Positions 20,552-34,904 of a stretch of DNA of 64,000 nucleotides are shown in pieces. Both the position numbers and the translations under genes were made by a program. Under the pieces are notes generated by a model. The model had not been told where the DNA came from. It saw only the letters and a list, made by a program, of their open reading frames with translations, and searched no databases. How positions within the stretch are numbered: the first letter of the stretch is position 1; every line of letters begins with the position of its first letter. The stretch spans positions 276,396,001-276,460,000 of the forward strand of contig NW_027362762.1 in the NCBI RefSeq assembly GCF_046119375.1, in the 5' to 3' direction. The stretch comes from Phyllobates terribilis. Lineage: Eukaryota.

Positions 20552-22057
20552 CAGTGTGGAAAATAAGTATTTGATACACTGTCAATTTTGCAAGTTTTCC
20601 CACCTATAAAGAATTGAGAGGTCTGTAATTTTAATCATACAGAAAATAGGAAGAAATCTCCAGTGATCAGGAAATCATAGGTACACTTCAACTGCGAGAG
20701 ACAGAACCTAAAAAAAAATCCAGAAAATCACATTGTATGATTTTTACATAATTAATTTTCATTTTATTGCATGAAATAAGTATTTGATCACCTACCAACC
20801 AGCAAGAATTCTGGCTCTCACAGATCTGTCAGTTTTTCTTTAAGAAGCCATCCTACTCTGCACTCATTTCCTGTGATAATTGCACCTGTTTGAACTCATT
20901 ACCTGTATAAAAAAAACCTGTCCACACACTCAATCAAACACACTACAATCTTAACACCATGACCAAGACCAAAGAGGTATGTAAGAACACCAGGGAGAAA
21001 ATTGTAGACCTGCACAAGGCTGGGATGGACTACAGGACAATAAGCAAGCAGCTTGTTGAGAAGGAAACAACTATTGGTGCAATTATTAGAAAATGGAAGA
21101 AACACAAGATGGCTGTCAATCTTCCTCGGTCTGGGGCTCCATGCAAGACATTGCCTCGTGGGGTAAGGACGATTCTGAGAAAGGTCAGGAATCAGCCGAT
21201 AACTACATGGGAGGACCTGGTCAATGACCTGAAGAGAGCAGGAACCACAGTCTCAAACATCTGTCATGGATTAAAATCCTGCAGGGCATGAAAGGTCCCT
21301 CTGCTCATGCCAGCACATGTCCAGGCCCATTTGAAGTTCATCAATGACCATCTGGATGATCTAGAGGAGGCATGGGTGAAGGTCATGTGGTCAGATGAGA
21401 CCAAAATAGAACTTTTTGGTATCAATTCCACTTGCTGTGTTTGTAGGAAGAAAAAGGATGAGTACAACCCCAAGAATACAGTCCCAATCATGATGCATGT
21501 TGGGGGAAACATCATACTTTGGGGGTGCTTTTCTGGCAAGGAGACTGGACAACTGCACAGAATTGAAAGATGGATGGAGAGATTTTGGCAATAATCCTCC
21601 TTCCCTCAGTAAGAGCATTGAAGATGGGTTGTGACTGGGTCTTCCAGCATGAAAATAACCCAAAACACACAGCAAGGGCAACCAAGGAATGGCTCCATAA
21701 GAAGCATTTCTAGGTCCTGGAGTGGCGTAGTCAGTCTCCAGACCTGAACCCAATAGAAAAACTTTGGAGGAAGCTGAAACTCAGTATTGCAAAGCGACAG
21801 CTCCGTAACCTGAAACATCTGGAGAAGATCTGTATGGAGGAGCGGGCTAAAATCCCTGCTGCCTTGTGTGCAAACTTGGTCAAGAACTACTGTAAACGTC
21901 AGACCTCTGTAATTGCAAACAAAGGTTTCAGTACCAAATATTAAGTTCTGTTTTTCTATTGTATCAAATACTTATTTCCTGCAATAAAATGCAAATTAAT
22001 TATGTAAAAATCGTACAATGATCTGGATTTTTGTTTAGATTCTGTCTCTCACATTCA
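20552..22057 (+). mobile_element. Tc1 element with long IR/DR-type ends, transposase frameshifted, right end truncated
   Basis: TA|CAGTGTGGAAAATAAGTATTTGA with an inner repeat AATAAGTATTTGATCAC near 20776. [38 protein letters not shown]. Confidence 0.88.
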
Positions 22058-22076
22058 CTAAAGAGTAGTCTGCTTA

Positions 22077-22868
22077 CACTATGTGCAGAATTATTAGGCA
22101 AGTTGTATTTTAGAGGATTATTTTTATTATTGATCAACAACTATGTTCTCAATCAACCCAAAAGACTCATAAATATCCAAGCTTAATATTTTTGGAAGTT
22201 GGAGTGGTTTTTTTTTTAGATTTGGCAATCTTAGGAGGATATCTGTTTGTGCAGGTAACTATTACTGTGCCGAATTATTAGGCAACTTAATAAAAACCAA
22301 ATATAATCCCATCTCACTTGTTTATTTTCACCAGGTAAACCAATATCAGTGCACAAAATTTAGAAATAAACATTTCTGACATGCAAAAACAAAACCCCCA
22401 AAAATTAGTGATCAATATAGCCACCTTTCTTTATGATGATACTCAACAGCCTTCCATCCATAGATTCTGTCAGTTGTTTGATCTGTTTTCGATCATCATT
22501 GCGTGCAGCAGCCACCACAGCCTCCCAGACACTGCTCTGAGAGGTGTACTGTTTTCCCTCCCTTTAGATCTCACATTTTATGATGGACCACAGGTTCTCT
22601 ATAGGGGTTCAGATCAGGTGAACAAGGGGGCCATGTCATTATTTTTTCTTCTTTTAGACCTTTTTTGGCCAGCCATGCTGTGGAGTAGTTGCATGTGATG
22701 GAGCATTGTCCTGCATGAAAATCATGTTTTTCTTGAACGATACCGACTTCTGCCTGTACCACTGCTTGAAGAAGTTGTCTTCCAGAAACTGGCAGTAGGT
22801 CTGAGAGTTGAGCTTCACTCCATCCTCAACCCGAAAAGATCCCACAAGTTCATCTTTGATGATACCAG
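22077..22868 (-). mobile_element. Tc1 3' fragment, cut by the left end of hAT copy 2
   Basis: TA|CACTATGTGCAGAATTATTAGGCAAG TIR; FMQDNAPSH and WPPCSPDLNP on minus. The 5' half is not found at the other end of copy 2. Confidence 0.87.
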
Positions 22869-23786
22869 TAGAGATGAGCGTTGTTCTACTCGAACTGTTC
22901 GCCAATCTCAAATTCGAGCTGTTTTGGGCGGTGTTCGAGCCGGTCGGCGAACACGAACAATTTGAGAAAAATTCGGCTGTTCGAGGTTATGTTCGATAAC
23001 TGTTCGTGCACCAAAATCATAACTGGATTTTTTCTCAGTAATGATGAAAATTAATGTTAATACGCAGTTTGAGTGTACAGCGGGGCGGGGGGAGGGGCAG
23101 GGGATGGATCTCTGCAGGAACAATGAAGATCTCCATTTTTTTTTCTCTTTCCCGCATTTGCAGTGGGGAGGTGCAATCTGTCAGCCTATCAGCAGCGCAC
23201 ACACGGAGCGAAGTGCTTTTTTTCACACAAGCAAGGGCATGAGTGATTGGCAGTGTATGTCACATGTCCTTGCCCTATAAGACCAAGCCATTTTCCCCGT
23301 CGCCACCATTTTCTCACTGCTGCAGCTGCGTGTTAGATGGCACCGCTGTTGCTGTGTGCGATATACCTTGTTAATTTCAAGCCAATTTTCGCACAAATAT
23401 ACAGATAGCTTGGGAGTAGGGAATAGTTGTGATTGCAGTCCTTTTAAGGACTAGGTTACAGCATTTCCTACGACTTTTATCAGGCAGGTCTGTGCTCTTA
23501 AATAGATAGATTGTGGGAGTAAAGACTAATTGTAATTGGAGTCCTTTTCAGGACAAGGTTACATCAGTTCCTATCAGTTTTTGCCAGGCAGGTCTGTGCC
23601 AGTGCTGTGCAAGTTTTTTTCACAGCATTTGGCTGAATCTAGCAAAGCTAATCCTTTTTGGCCTATTGCAGAGTGTGTTAGTCAGTGGAGTAGCCTATCT
23701 GTGTTGCAAGATATACCACCTGTGTATAGAATACCAATTTTTTTACTGCACCTAGTGAAGTAAAATCTTTTGGGCATAGCATCATT

Positions 23787-25283
23787 CTATTAGTCCATCT
23801 ATACTGACCTCCATCAGGTTGCAAACTGAATATAATTTTTTTCTGCATCTAGCTCTGAAAAAATATTTGGGCTTCTAGCGGTGTGTGGGACTTGGTCTAT
23901 TAGTCCATCTATACTGACCTCCATCAGGTTGCAAATTAAAAATAATTTTTTTCTGCATCTAGCTCTGAAAAAATATTTGGGCTTCTAGCAGTGTGTGGGA
24001 CTTGGTCTAATAGTCCATCTATACTGACCTCCATCAGGTTGCAAATTAAAAATAATTTTTTTCTTCATTTATCTCTGAAAAAATATTTGGGCTTCTAGCA
24101 GCGTGTGGGACTTGTTCTATTAGTCCATCTATACTGACCTCCATCAGGTTGCAAATTAAAAATAATTTTTTTCTGCATCTAGCTCTGAAAAAATATTTGG
24201 GCTTCTAGCAGTGTGTGGGACTTGGTCTATTAGTCCATCTATACTGACCTCCATCAGGTTGCAAATTAAAAATAATTTTTTTCTGCATCTAGCTCTGAAA
24301 AAATATTTGGGCTTCTAGCAGTGTGTGGGACTTGGTCTATTAGTCCATCTATACTGACCTCCATCAGGTTGCAAATTGAATAAAAAAAATTTCTGCATCT
24401 AGCTCTGAAAAAATATTTGGGCTTCTAGCGGTGTGTGGGACTTGGTCTATTAGTCCATCTATACTGACCTCCATCAGGTTGCAAATTAAAAATAATTTTT
24501 TTCTGCATCTAGCTCTGAAAAAATATTTGGGCTTCTAGCAGTGTGTGGGACTTGGTCTATTAGTCCATCTATACTGACCTCCATCAGGTTGCAAATTAAA
24601 AATAATTTTTTTCTTCATTTAGCTCTGAAAAAATATTTGGGTTTCTAGCAGTGTGTGGGACTTGTTCTATTAGTCCTTCTATACTGACGTCCAACAGGTT
24701 GCAAATTGAATATAATTTTTTTCTGCATCTAGCTCTGAAAAAATATTTGGGCTTGTAGCGGTGTGTGGGACTTGGTCTATTAGTCCATCTATACTGACCT
24801 CCATCAGGTTGCAAATTAAAAATAATTTTTTTCTGCATCTAGCTCTGAAAAAATATTTGGGCTTCTAGCAGTGTGTGGGACTTGGTCTATTAGTCCATCT
24901 ATACTGACCTCCATCAGGTTGCAAATTAAAAATAATTTTTTTCTGCATCTAGCTCTGAAAAAATATTTGGGCTTCTAGCAGTGTGTGGGACTTGGTCTAT
25001 TAGTCCATCTATACTGACCTCCATCAGGTTGCAAATTAAAAATAATTTTTTTCTGCATCTAGCTCTGAAAAAATATTTGGGCTTCTAGCAGTGTGTGGGA
25101 CTTGGTCTATTAGTCCATCTATACTGACCTCCATCAGGTTGCAAATTGAATAAAAAAATTTTCTGCATCTAGCTCTGAAAAAATATTTGGGCTTCTAGCG
25201 GTGTGTGGGACTTGGTCTATTAGTCCATCTATACTGACCTCCATCAGGTTGCAAATTAAAAATAATTTTTTTCTGCATCTAAC
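23787..25283 (+). repeat. 110-bp tandem array (~13.6 units) inside hAT copy 2
   Basis: Same unit as 4264-5980, about two units shorter. Confidence 0.96.
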
Positions 25284-25397
25284 CCAGCCAATAGTTTTGG
25301 CCTAATACCACAGTTTGGCCACTCAGCTCTGCTCGGTTACCATCCATTGTTTTTTTGTGCAAACAACTCCAGAGTTGTGAATTAGTTAACCACCAAA

Positions 25398-28300
25398 ATG
25401 AGTGGAAAAAGGCCTGCTGCTGGTGGAAAGGGGAATAGGCGTGTTGGGAAGGGGAAAAAAGGTTGTGTCCGTGGGGTAGGTGCAGAAGAAAGACCATCTT
25501 CCAGCCAAACTAAAATGTCTACTTCTTTTAGCGGACAATGTGATAAGATCCCTTTCTTACGGCCACGCCAATCGCTACAAATTCCAGATGAGGCACAAAA
25601 ACAGCAGGTGCTTCAACGGATATCAAGTGCTCCTTTAAGTGGGCTCTCCTCCACATCAACTTCAACATCACAAATACTCCAGTCCTCAAAGGTGTCACCC
25701 AAATCGCACTTGCTTCCTCACAGCTCCCAAATCTCCAGCTGCCCGTCTGAGTATGAGGTAGAACAGATGGTTGAGTCTGCAGAGCTGTTTACTCATACTA
25801 TAGCCTGGGAATCAGAGGTCGACTCCAGCGCTTCTGTGAATCCAGACGAGGAAATGATCTGCACTGATGCCCAGAATCTTTATGAGTCAGATCCAGGACC
25901 AGACGCAGAAGGTTCTGACCATAATGTAGACCCTCATTCCCAAACTGTAACTCCTGTTGGTGGAGACAATGAGGAAGACGATGATAAGACTCAAATACCT
26001 GATTGGAGCGACAACTTTAGTTTTTTGTCAGGGCAGGAACAGGTTGGCTCTGAGGACGACGGGTGTGATAACGCACAGGGTGATGATGATGAGGTCGGAG
26101 ATCCCACTTACTGTCAACCCACAGTCAGCCAAGAGATGAGGTCAGCAGAGGAGGTGGAGGAAGATGCTAGTGACGACGAGGTCAGGTTGCGCCTTCCTGG
26201 ACAGAGACGTAGTACTGGAAGCACGTCAACAACTGCATCCTCAAACACAACTCTGCCTCTCACCACAAGTCGTGGTGGCTCTTCAGGTCGCATGGGTGCT
26301 AAGCCTTGCATAGCCTGGGCATTTTTTCAGATCGATAAAGATGACCCAACTCGTGTTATCTGTAACATTTGTCAGCAAAAGCTAAGTAGAGGCCAAAAAA
26401 TACATAGTTTGAGTACTTCATGCATGAACCGGCACATGGACATGAAGCATAAGTTGCAGTGGGAAGCTCAGTGTGCTACAATGCGGTCTAGCCGGCCGGG
26501 CCAACCACCGTCTGCCATATCTTGTGCATCCGCGGCCTCTTCATCCTCTGTGACTGGGGGGACAGCAGTCACACCTGTTTTGGGGCGCAGACCTGCCACC
26601 TCTTTACCCGCAACAGCCAGCGTGATTGGCAGGTCATCATTTTCTTTGGAGGTGGTAACACCAGCTGGTGTTGAGCGCTGTCCGACATCGATAGCACCAC
26701 CTTTGGATCAAGGCAACCTAACATGTCCGCCTGCATCTTCCTCACAGACCGGCAGTTTGCCGGGGACACCCTTATCAACCCCGTCTAAGCACAATAGCCA
26801 GCCCTCGGTCCCTCAGATGTGGACAAGTAAAAGACCATTTCCTCCTAGCCATGAGAAAGCTAAGAGGTTGAATTTCACCATCTGCAAGCTCTTGGCTACA
26901 GAAATGCTGCCTTTCCGCCTGGTGGACACAGAGGATTTTCGAGACCTTATGTCCGTCGCAGTGCCCCAGTACCAGATGCCCAGTCGGCACTACTTCTCAA
27001 AGAAGGGTGTGCCTGCGCTCCACCAGCATGTCGCACACAACATCACCGCTTCTTTGAGAAACTCTGTGTGTGACAGGGTGCATTTCACCACAGACACTTG
27101 GACGAGTAGGCATGGACAGGGGCGTTACATGTCGCTGACTGGGCACTGGGTAACTATGGTGACAGCAGGACAAGGGGCTGCTGTCCAAGTCTTGCAGTCC
27201 CCACGAGTTGTGCGTCAATCCTCTTTATGTCATTTTTCCTCCACTGCTTCTGCCTCCTCAACCTCCTCTCGGTCTTCCACCTGCACCCAAAGCCTGTCTG
27301 GTCATGCCACAAGCTTTCTAACTGCGCAGAAGGGATCCTGCACACCTCCTTACTATGCTGGCAGTAGGGCTCAACGTCATCAGGCGGTTTTTACATTGAA
27401 ATGTCTGGGAAATGTGAGTCACACAGCTGAGGAGTTGTGGTCAGCTCTGGAGAACCAATTTCATGAATGGTTGTCTCCACTGGACCTGAAACCAGGGAAG
27501 GCCGTGTGCGACAATGCTGCAAACCTGGGTGCGGCCCTTCGCCGGGGCAATGTCACACACGTGCCTTGTATGGCTCACGTGTTGAACCTGGTTGTCCAGC
27601 AATTTTTAGCCCACTATCCCAGACTAGATGGCCTTCTGCAGAGGGCACGGTCGCTGTGTGCTCACTTCCGCCGTTCGCATCCCGCAGCTCAGCGACTTAC
27701 ATCTCTACAGAAGTCGTTGGGCCTGCCACTTCACCGGCTAAAATGCGATGTGCCTACCCGGTGGAATTCAACTCTGCACATGTTGCAGCGACTGTGGCAG
27801 CACCGACAAGCCCTGGTGCAATACGTTCTGACGTATAGCCTGGGCCAACGAGATTCAGAGGTGGGGCAAATCACGCTGGAGGAGTGGTCTCAGATCAGGG
27901 ACCTATGCACCCTTCTGCACAGTTTTGAAATGGCGACGAAGATGTTTAGTGCTGACGATGCCATTATCAGCATGACTATTCCGGTGATTTACATGCTGGA
28001 GCACATGTTAAACAGAATTCGGAATCAGGTGGTGGCACAAGAGGAGGTGGAGGAAGTAGAGGAGGAGGAGTTGTATGCGGAAGGGCTAACATCTGCAAGG
28101 TCCAGAAGGTCGGCAGCACCAAGGCTGCAGGCATGTGAGGGTGGGGGAGATGGTTTTACCAGGGCGCATGGTAGCAGCCAAACTAGTGAGGAAGGTGCAG
28201 GAGCCGAGGAAGAAGTCTAGGACGAACTGATGGAAGACTCATCAGATGAGGGAGACCTTGATCACATTTCTGTTGTGCGAGGTTGGGGGGAGAGGACAGA

Positions 28301-29078
28301 GGAAGGAAGCATGATTGTTACCTCGCCACCAACACAACAGGGACTTGGTGCTCCTGGATGCGCAACACACATGAGTGCCTTCTTGCTGCACTACCTGCAA
28401 CATGACCCTCGAATTGTGAGAATTAGAAATAATCCTGACTACTGGGTTGCCACACTGTTAGATCCCCGGTACAAAAGTAAATTTGCAGAAATTATTCCTG
28501 CCATAGAAAGGGATGCACGCATGCAGGAGTATCAGCAGAGACTGTTGCAGAATCTTACATGTGCTTTTCCACAAAATACCAGTGGTGCACGTAGTGAATC
28601 TCACAGTTCCAACTTGCCAACCGTGGGACCGTCAAGTGTTCAGCACTCAAACCGTAACAGAACCACAGTATCTGCTGGTAACATCAATTTTGCGGAATCA
28701 TTTCACCACTTTTTTAGCCCATCCTTTGCAAGGCCACAGGAGACAAGAAGTCTGACACATAGTCAACGCCTAGAGACGATGGTACAGGAGTATCTCCAAG
28801 TAAACATTGAAGCCACGACTGTGTCACTGGACCCTTGCTCTTTTTGGGCTTCCAATCTGGATAAATGGCCGGAGCTAGCCACTTACGCCTTGGAGATCTT
28901 GTCATGCCCCGCAGCCAGCGTTCTGTCTGAACGTGTGTTCAGCGCTGCTGGTGGTGTGCTGACAGATAAGCGCACGCGGCTCTCCACTGATAATGTAGAC
29001 AGACTCACGTTCATAAAGATGAACAAATCATGGATCCGAAACGACTTTTCTACCCCTGTGTCATCCTGGGGAGAGTAA
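25398..29078 (+). pseudogene. hAT transposase with a single nonsense codon (TAG at 28218-28220)
   Basis: The 940-aa and 282-aa ORFs are in the same frame. GTG GAG in copy 1 reads GTC TAG here, upstream of the catalytic E and the dimerization domain. Confidence 0.93.
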
Positions 29079-29403
29079 AAGCTTGATGATTGGTTAAAAT
29101 CACCCTACCAACCGTTTTAAGCTTTCAAATTACTAATCATGTTTATCTGTATCTTGACTGGAAAATAATTTGGGCTTTGTAGCAGTGTGCAGCACTGATC
29201 CTATTAGGCTATCTATAATAAGCTTCACCAGATTTAAAATTAAAAATAATTTTTAGCTGCATCTAGCCCGGAAAATAATTTTGGGGCTCCGAGATGCGCA
29301 AGACACATAAGTGCCTTCTTGCTGCACTACCTGCAGCATGACCCTCATATTGTCAGAATTCGAAGTAATCATGACTACTGGGTTGCCACACTCTTAGATC
29401 CCC

Positions 29404-30777
29404 CAAACTTTTCGATCAACCTTTTCATTTTAATAAAGACCAAAAAAATGGTCATTTTTGAAATTATAAGCATTAGCAGGTTGTTAGAAACTGAAATCAA
29501 ACAGTTTTCAACTCAAAACTTTATTCTAGGTGATGTTACATTTTCACATAGGACCCCTTGTTCGAAAGGAGCTTCTGAACTCTCTCGTCCATTGAATTTG
29601 TCAGGTTTTGGATGGTTTCTGCTTCAATTGTTTTGCATGAGGACAGAATACCCTCCCAGAGCTGTTGCTTAGATGTGAACTGCCTCCCGCCATCATAGAC
29701 ACTCCTTTTAATGATGCTCCAAAGGTTCTGAATGGGGTAGAGGTCAGGGGAGCATGGGGGTCACACCATAAGTTTGTCCCCTTTTATGCCCATATCAGCC
29801 AGAGATGCAGATGTTTTATGTGCAGCATGAGATGGTGCATTATCATGCAGAAAAATGATCTTGCTGTGAAATACACGGTTCTTCTTCTTGAACCATGGCA
29901 GGAAGTGCTGTTTGAGAAAATCCACATACATTATGGAGTTCATCTTTAGCGCCTTCAGGGATCCTAAAGGGGCCGACAATCTCTCTCCCCATGATTCCAG
30001 CCCAAAACATTACTCCACCTCCTCCTTGTTGGCGCTGTAGCCGTGTTTGCGTGGGGTGTCCATCAACCAGCCATCCTCCACTCCATTCATCTGGACCATC
30101 GAGCGCTGCATGGCACTCATCCGTGAACAAAACAGTTTTGAAATCAGTCTTCATGTAATGTTTGGCCCACTGGAGCCGTTTCTGCTTGTGTGAAGTGGAT
30201 AGAGGAGGTCGACAGGATGGCGTATGCACAGCTGCAAACCTCTGAAGGACCCTGCATCTTGTTGTTCGGGGGACGTTGGAGGCACAAGCAGCTTCAAAAA
30301 CTTGTCTGCTGCTATGACAAGGCTTTTTTGACGCTGCTCTTTCAACCTGACGTAATTGCCTGTAGGAAAGAGTCCTCAATTTGCCCTTATCAGCACGCAC
30401 ACGTGTGTACTGTGAATCAGCTACATACTTCTTGATTGCCAAGACACTTCATCCTGATCATCGCACAATGTTGATTGTAGTCATGCCTTGACCTAAACAC
30501 TCCACAATTTGTTGCTTCTCAGCAGCCGACACATCCTTTTTCTTTCCCATTTTGGCAGAAAATGTAGGCTGCTTAATAATGTGAGAGAGCCTTCTTAAGT
30601 AGTCTTGCCTTTCATTGGACACACCTGCCAAACTAATTAGCACAGGTGTCTGCAATTGCTTACAGTGATATAAAGAGCCCTGACACACATCACCATCAAT
30701 GAGTTTAACTGACAAACAAACAAATTCTTCCCTTATCACTCCTAAACACTTTTTGCATAATAATTTGGAACGCGGTG
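29404..30777 (-). mobile_element. Tc1 cargo fragment in copy 2
   Basis: Same breakpoints and sequence as 10101-11474. Confidence 0.9.
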
Positions 30778-30848
30778 TACATGTGCTTTTCCACAAAACA
30801 CAAGTGGTTCACGTAGTGAATCTTACAGTTCTAACTTGCCAACCGTGG

Positions 30849-32678
30849 TCTGTATGGAATTGTTCAATAAAGGGCCCAAAATTAAGATAACATAGATGGG
30901 AGAGGTCTCTATGAATAGGAATTCCTAAGTATTTGATACCCTGTGAGGGCCAGGCAAAGGGAAAGTTGGACTGGATGGAATCCTATATGGATTTAGGGAG
31001 GGAGACATCGAGGGCCTCAGACTTCGCTGCATTGATTTTAAAATTTTACCATGTAACAAAGTGATCTATTTCAGCCATAACAGCAGGGATGGATATATGT
31101 GATTGAGTGATATATACTAGGACATCATCAGCAAATAGAGAGCACTTGTACTCGGTGCCTCCCACCTCAATCCACCTAATATTGGGGTTATGGCGAATTG
31201 ATGAGAGCAGGTGCTCCGTCACTAGGATGTATAAGAGAGGGGACAGAGGACATCCCTGCCTTGTCCCATTGGTGATTGTGAAAGGTGATGAAAATGTTCT
31301 GACGCACCCCCTGGGCCTTGGGACACCCGGAGCCGGACCCTTTTTGGTGGATGCTGGTGGTTGTAGTCTTCGTGGCGGCGATCCGCTTCCGTGGCTCAGG
31401 GCGGTCAAACCAGTGGCGGAACTATTTATGTGGTTTTGATGTTTAAATGTCCGACTACGCCACCCGTGGATTGCGGTCAGAGTGAACCGCCGCTACAGGG
31501 CAGACCGCTAAGGCTGGTGTTGTGGGTGCAGCAGAGCGTAGCATAACTCCCCACGGGAGGAGTATAGCCTCAGGGCAGTGTATGCGGAGGATGGGGGTGA
31601 TGGTGCAGGGCAGCAGCAGTAACGACACGGAGTCAGTGATGCAGTTCAGGGCCTTTACTCACAGTTCTTATTATCCAGACCACGTCTGCAGGTAACGGCT
31701 GCCCACGTCGTACTGTGCTCACCAGGTGAGGGGCTCAGACAACTCCCAGATAACTTTGGAGCGCTTCACAGGACCCCCTTTGTGTGTCCTTTGTCTGGCC
31801 TTTCTTACCAACACTTCTGTCCGGCTGCCTCGGGCCTCCTCTTGGAAAACTTGGCGCCAGTTTCCCTGACCCTATGTGGTGCCTTCCTAGCGGGTGGAGC
31901 AAGGGGCTGCGCCACATAAAATGTCAGAGCCTCCGGTTTCTAGCTGAGGGTCGTTTCCTGCCTCCACTAGTTTGGGGACCGGTCTCCCCCTTTGGCCTGA
32001 CCCCTCCACGCAGGTGATTTCGGGCGTGCGGTGGCGACTCGCCCGTCCGCACCCCTGGGATCCCTTCATTCCTCGTTCCTGGAGCCTTCTCCGCTCCTCT
32101 TCCTTCCTTCTCCCTCTTGCAGGCCTGGGCCTCTGTTACTAGGCCCGCCTCCGGAGCAGAGCTCATGCAGAGCCCCTGCTCCCTGCCACTTCTGCTCAGA
32201 CTTCTCTGCACTGAACTAAGATGGTGCCCACCTTTTATACTCCCTTCTCAATGCACCCAGGAACAGCTTCCTCCCTTCTCCTGCACTACAGGGTTCCCCT
32301 TCCTCAGTGTTCCCTCCCCCCACTCCAGCCAGGGACAGGGACTGTCGTGCCCATCTCAGGGGCATATTGGTCGCCCTGCCCCACGGCAATGTGGTGTAAT
32401 GCATGCAGGTGTCGGGTCCTGATCCACACTCCATCCTTACCTGAGAGTGAGATATCACACCTCTGGGTGAGGTGCAATACGTCTGTAGCAACCGAGCCCT
32501 CAGGGTGCTACAGTTCCATTTATCTTCAGCCTAGGTGACGTATTGCGATACAGGGCCGTGATTTTGGCTATAAAAGGGTCCCCTAGACCCCTACCCCAAG
32601 CTCTTTAAGAGAATCATATATGGCGTGCCAGGAGACTCTATGGAATGCTTTCTCAGCATCCAACGAGAGTATCTAATT
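30849..32678 (-). mobile_element. L1-type RT cargo fragment in copy 2, split by a solo LTR
   Basis: Same as 11546-13373. Confidence 0.9.
31300..32512 (-). mobile_element. Solo LTR in copy 2
   Basis: Same as 11997-13207, with the GTTC TSD retained. Confidence 0.88.
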
Positions 32679-32783
32679 ACAAATTTTTAACTGCATCTAG
32701 CCCAGGAAATACTTTGTGCCTAGTAGCAGTGTCTGCTAGTCAGCAGATTATCCCGGCTGTTAAGCAAGCTACACCACCTGTAG

Positions 32784-33053
32784 TTTAGACACTTAATTTT
32801 TTCAAAGGAAATGCTTCGGGACCATGGGATACTTAGTGAAGAGCATCAGGAGGCACCCCAAGGCATAGGGGCTGGGACTGGCAGTAGGATGCCTTGCGGT
32901 GGACAGCCGAGCTCGATCCTTATAAAAGCTTTTTAACTGCAGCAGCTTTAGTGGACGCTACTGGAGCTGGAATTACCGCGGCTGCTGGCATGAGACTTGC
33001 CCTCCAATAGATCCTTGTAAATGGATTTCAAGTGTATTCATTCAAATTAGAGA
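32784..33053 (-). pseudogene. 18S rRNA fragment in copy 2
   Basis: Near-identical to 13479-13749. Confidence 0.92.
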
Positions 33054-33555
33054 GACAATTTAAATTAAAAAGCTTAGAGCTGCCTCCACCACAGGGGGGC
33101 TCGCTCGACCCACCAGCGGACAGGCACCAGTATTGGGAGAGGGGGGCTGGCTGTCAGGGTTCACCGCGGCTCTGGCACAAACCCGGCGACACGGAGGTGG
33201 CACGGGCAGGAGCGGACTGGCCGTGTCGGCTTCTCACTTTTTGGATTTTAGAAGGGCATGACATGCCTATATCTGTGTCTCCCCCTCCTTTTACTCCTCC
33301 ACCTCTTTTATTTTCGCATGACTATATGTACTTGTCACTTTTCCATGTGTTAGTTATGTCTTCTGAGCAGTTTGTCAGCTTTTGGACACCTTTGAAGGTG
33401 TTTTCTATGTGTTTCTATGTGTTTTTGTTTGCCTGCCATTGGTTTTAACGGTGTTCGAAGGTGTTCGACGAACAGTTCGGCGAACAGTTCGGCGAACACA
33501 CGGGTGTTCGACGAACCGAACCGAACTCGAACACTACGGGGGTGGCTCAACACTA

Positions 33556-33653
33556 GTCCCGAGCCATACGCCTTCCTTACCTGAGGGTGAGATACCACAC
33601 CTCTGGGTGAGATGCAGTAAATCTGTGGCGACTGAACCCTCAGGGGCGCCACA
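33556..33653 (-). mobile_element. 5' end of a related LTR, truncated by the right end of hAT copy 2
   Basis: Minus strand starts TGTGGCGCCCCTGAGGGTTCAGTCGCCACAG, similar to the LTR start at 13207. It is inserted in a hAT transposase relic. Confidence 0.75.
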
Positions 33654-34833
33654 CACCCTTCTGCACAGTTTTGAAATGGCGACGAAGATGTTTAGTGCTG
33701 ACGACGATGCCATTATCATCATGACTATTCCGGTGATTTACATGCTGGAGCACACATTAAACAGAATTCAGAGTCAGGTGGTGGGACAAGAGGAGGTGGA
33801 GGAAGTAGAGGAGGAGTCGCATGCGGATGGGATAACATCTCCAAGGTCCAGACGGTTGGCAGCACCAAGGCGGCAGGCATGGGAGGGTGTGGGAGAGGGA
33901 TTAACCAGGGCGCATGGTAGCAGCCAAACTGTTGAGGAAGGTGCAGGAGCCGAGGAAGAAGTGGAGGACGAACTGGCGATGGGCATGGAAGACTCATCAG
34001 ATGAGGGAGACCTTGATCACATTTCTGTTGTGCGAGGTTGGAGGGAGAGGGCAGAGGAAGGAAGCATGATTCTTACCTCGCTACCAACACAACAAGGACT
34101 TGGTACTTCTGGATGCGCAAGACACATGAGTGCCTTCTTGCTGCACTACCTGCAACATGACCCCCGGATTGTCAGAATTCGAAGTAATCCCGACTACTGG
34201 GTTGCCACACTCTTAGATCCCCGGTACAAAAGTATATTTGCCGAAATAATTCCTGCCATAAAAAGGTATTGACGAATGCAGGAGTATCTGCAGACGCTGT
34301 TGCAGAATCTTACATGTGCTTTTCCACAAAACACCAGTGGTGCACGTAGTGAATCTCACAGTTCTAACTTGCCAACGGTGGGACTGTCGAGTCTTCATCA
34401 CTCAAACAGTAACAGTAACACAGTATCTGCTGGTAACAGCAATTTTGTGGAATCGTTTCACCACTTTTTTAGACCATCCTTTGCAAGGCCACAGGAGACA
34501 AGAAGTCTGACACATAGTCAATGCCTAGAGAGGATGGTACAGGAGAATCTCCAAGTGAACATCGAAGCCATGACTGTGTCAATGGACCCTTGCTCATTTT
34601 GGTATTCCAATCTGGAATAATCGCCGGAGCTCGCCACTCACGCCTTGGAGATCTTGTCATGCCATGCAGCCAGCATTCTCTCTGAACGTGTGTTCAGCGC
34701 TGCTGGTGGTGTGTTGACAGATAAGCGCACGCGGCTGTCCACTGAGAATGTAGACAGACTCACGTTCATAAAGATGAACAAATCATGGATTTGCAAGGAC
34801 ATTTCTACCCCTGTGTCATCCTTGGGAGACTAA
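33654..34833 (+). pseudogene. 3' half of an older hAT transposase (sister subfamily of family A); its right-arm remnant continues to ~35448
   Basis: TLLHSFEMATKMFSADD...ILSERVFSAAGGVLTDKRTRLS with stops at 34270 and 34618. Degenerate TTTTAACTGCATCTAGCC units lie at 35335-35448. Confidence 0.9.
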
Positions 34834-34904
34834 AAGCTTGGGGATTTGGTAAAATCACCTCACCAACCGTTTTAAGCAACAGTGGGGCAATTGATGCCAC
34901 TTAA

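Larger units (their letters stand above)
22869..33555 (+). mobile_element. hAT family A, copy 2 (10.7 kb, same cargo, no matching TSD)
   Basis: Same TIRs and colinear near-identity with 3351-14250. Flanks GATACCAG (22861-22868) and GTCCCGAG (33556-33563) differ. Confidence 0.96.

Noticed and set aside
3351-33555. Copies 1 and 2 as a tandem segmental duplication
   Set aside because: Similarity stops exactly at the TIRs and the flanks are unrelated.
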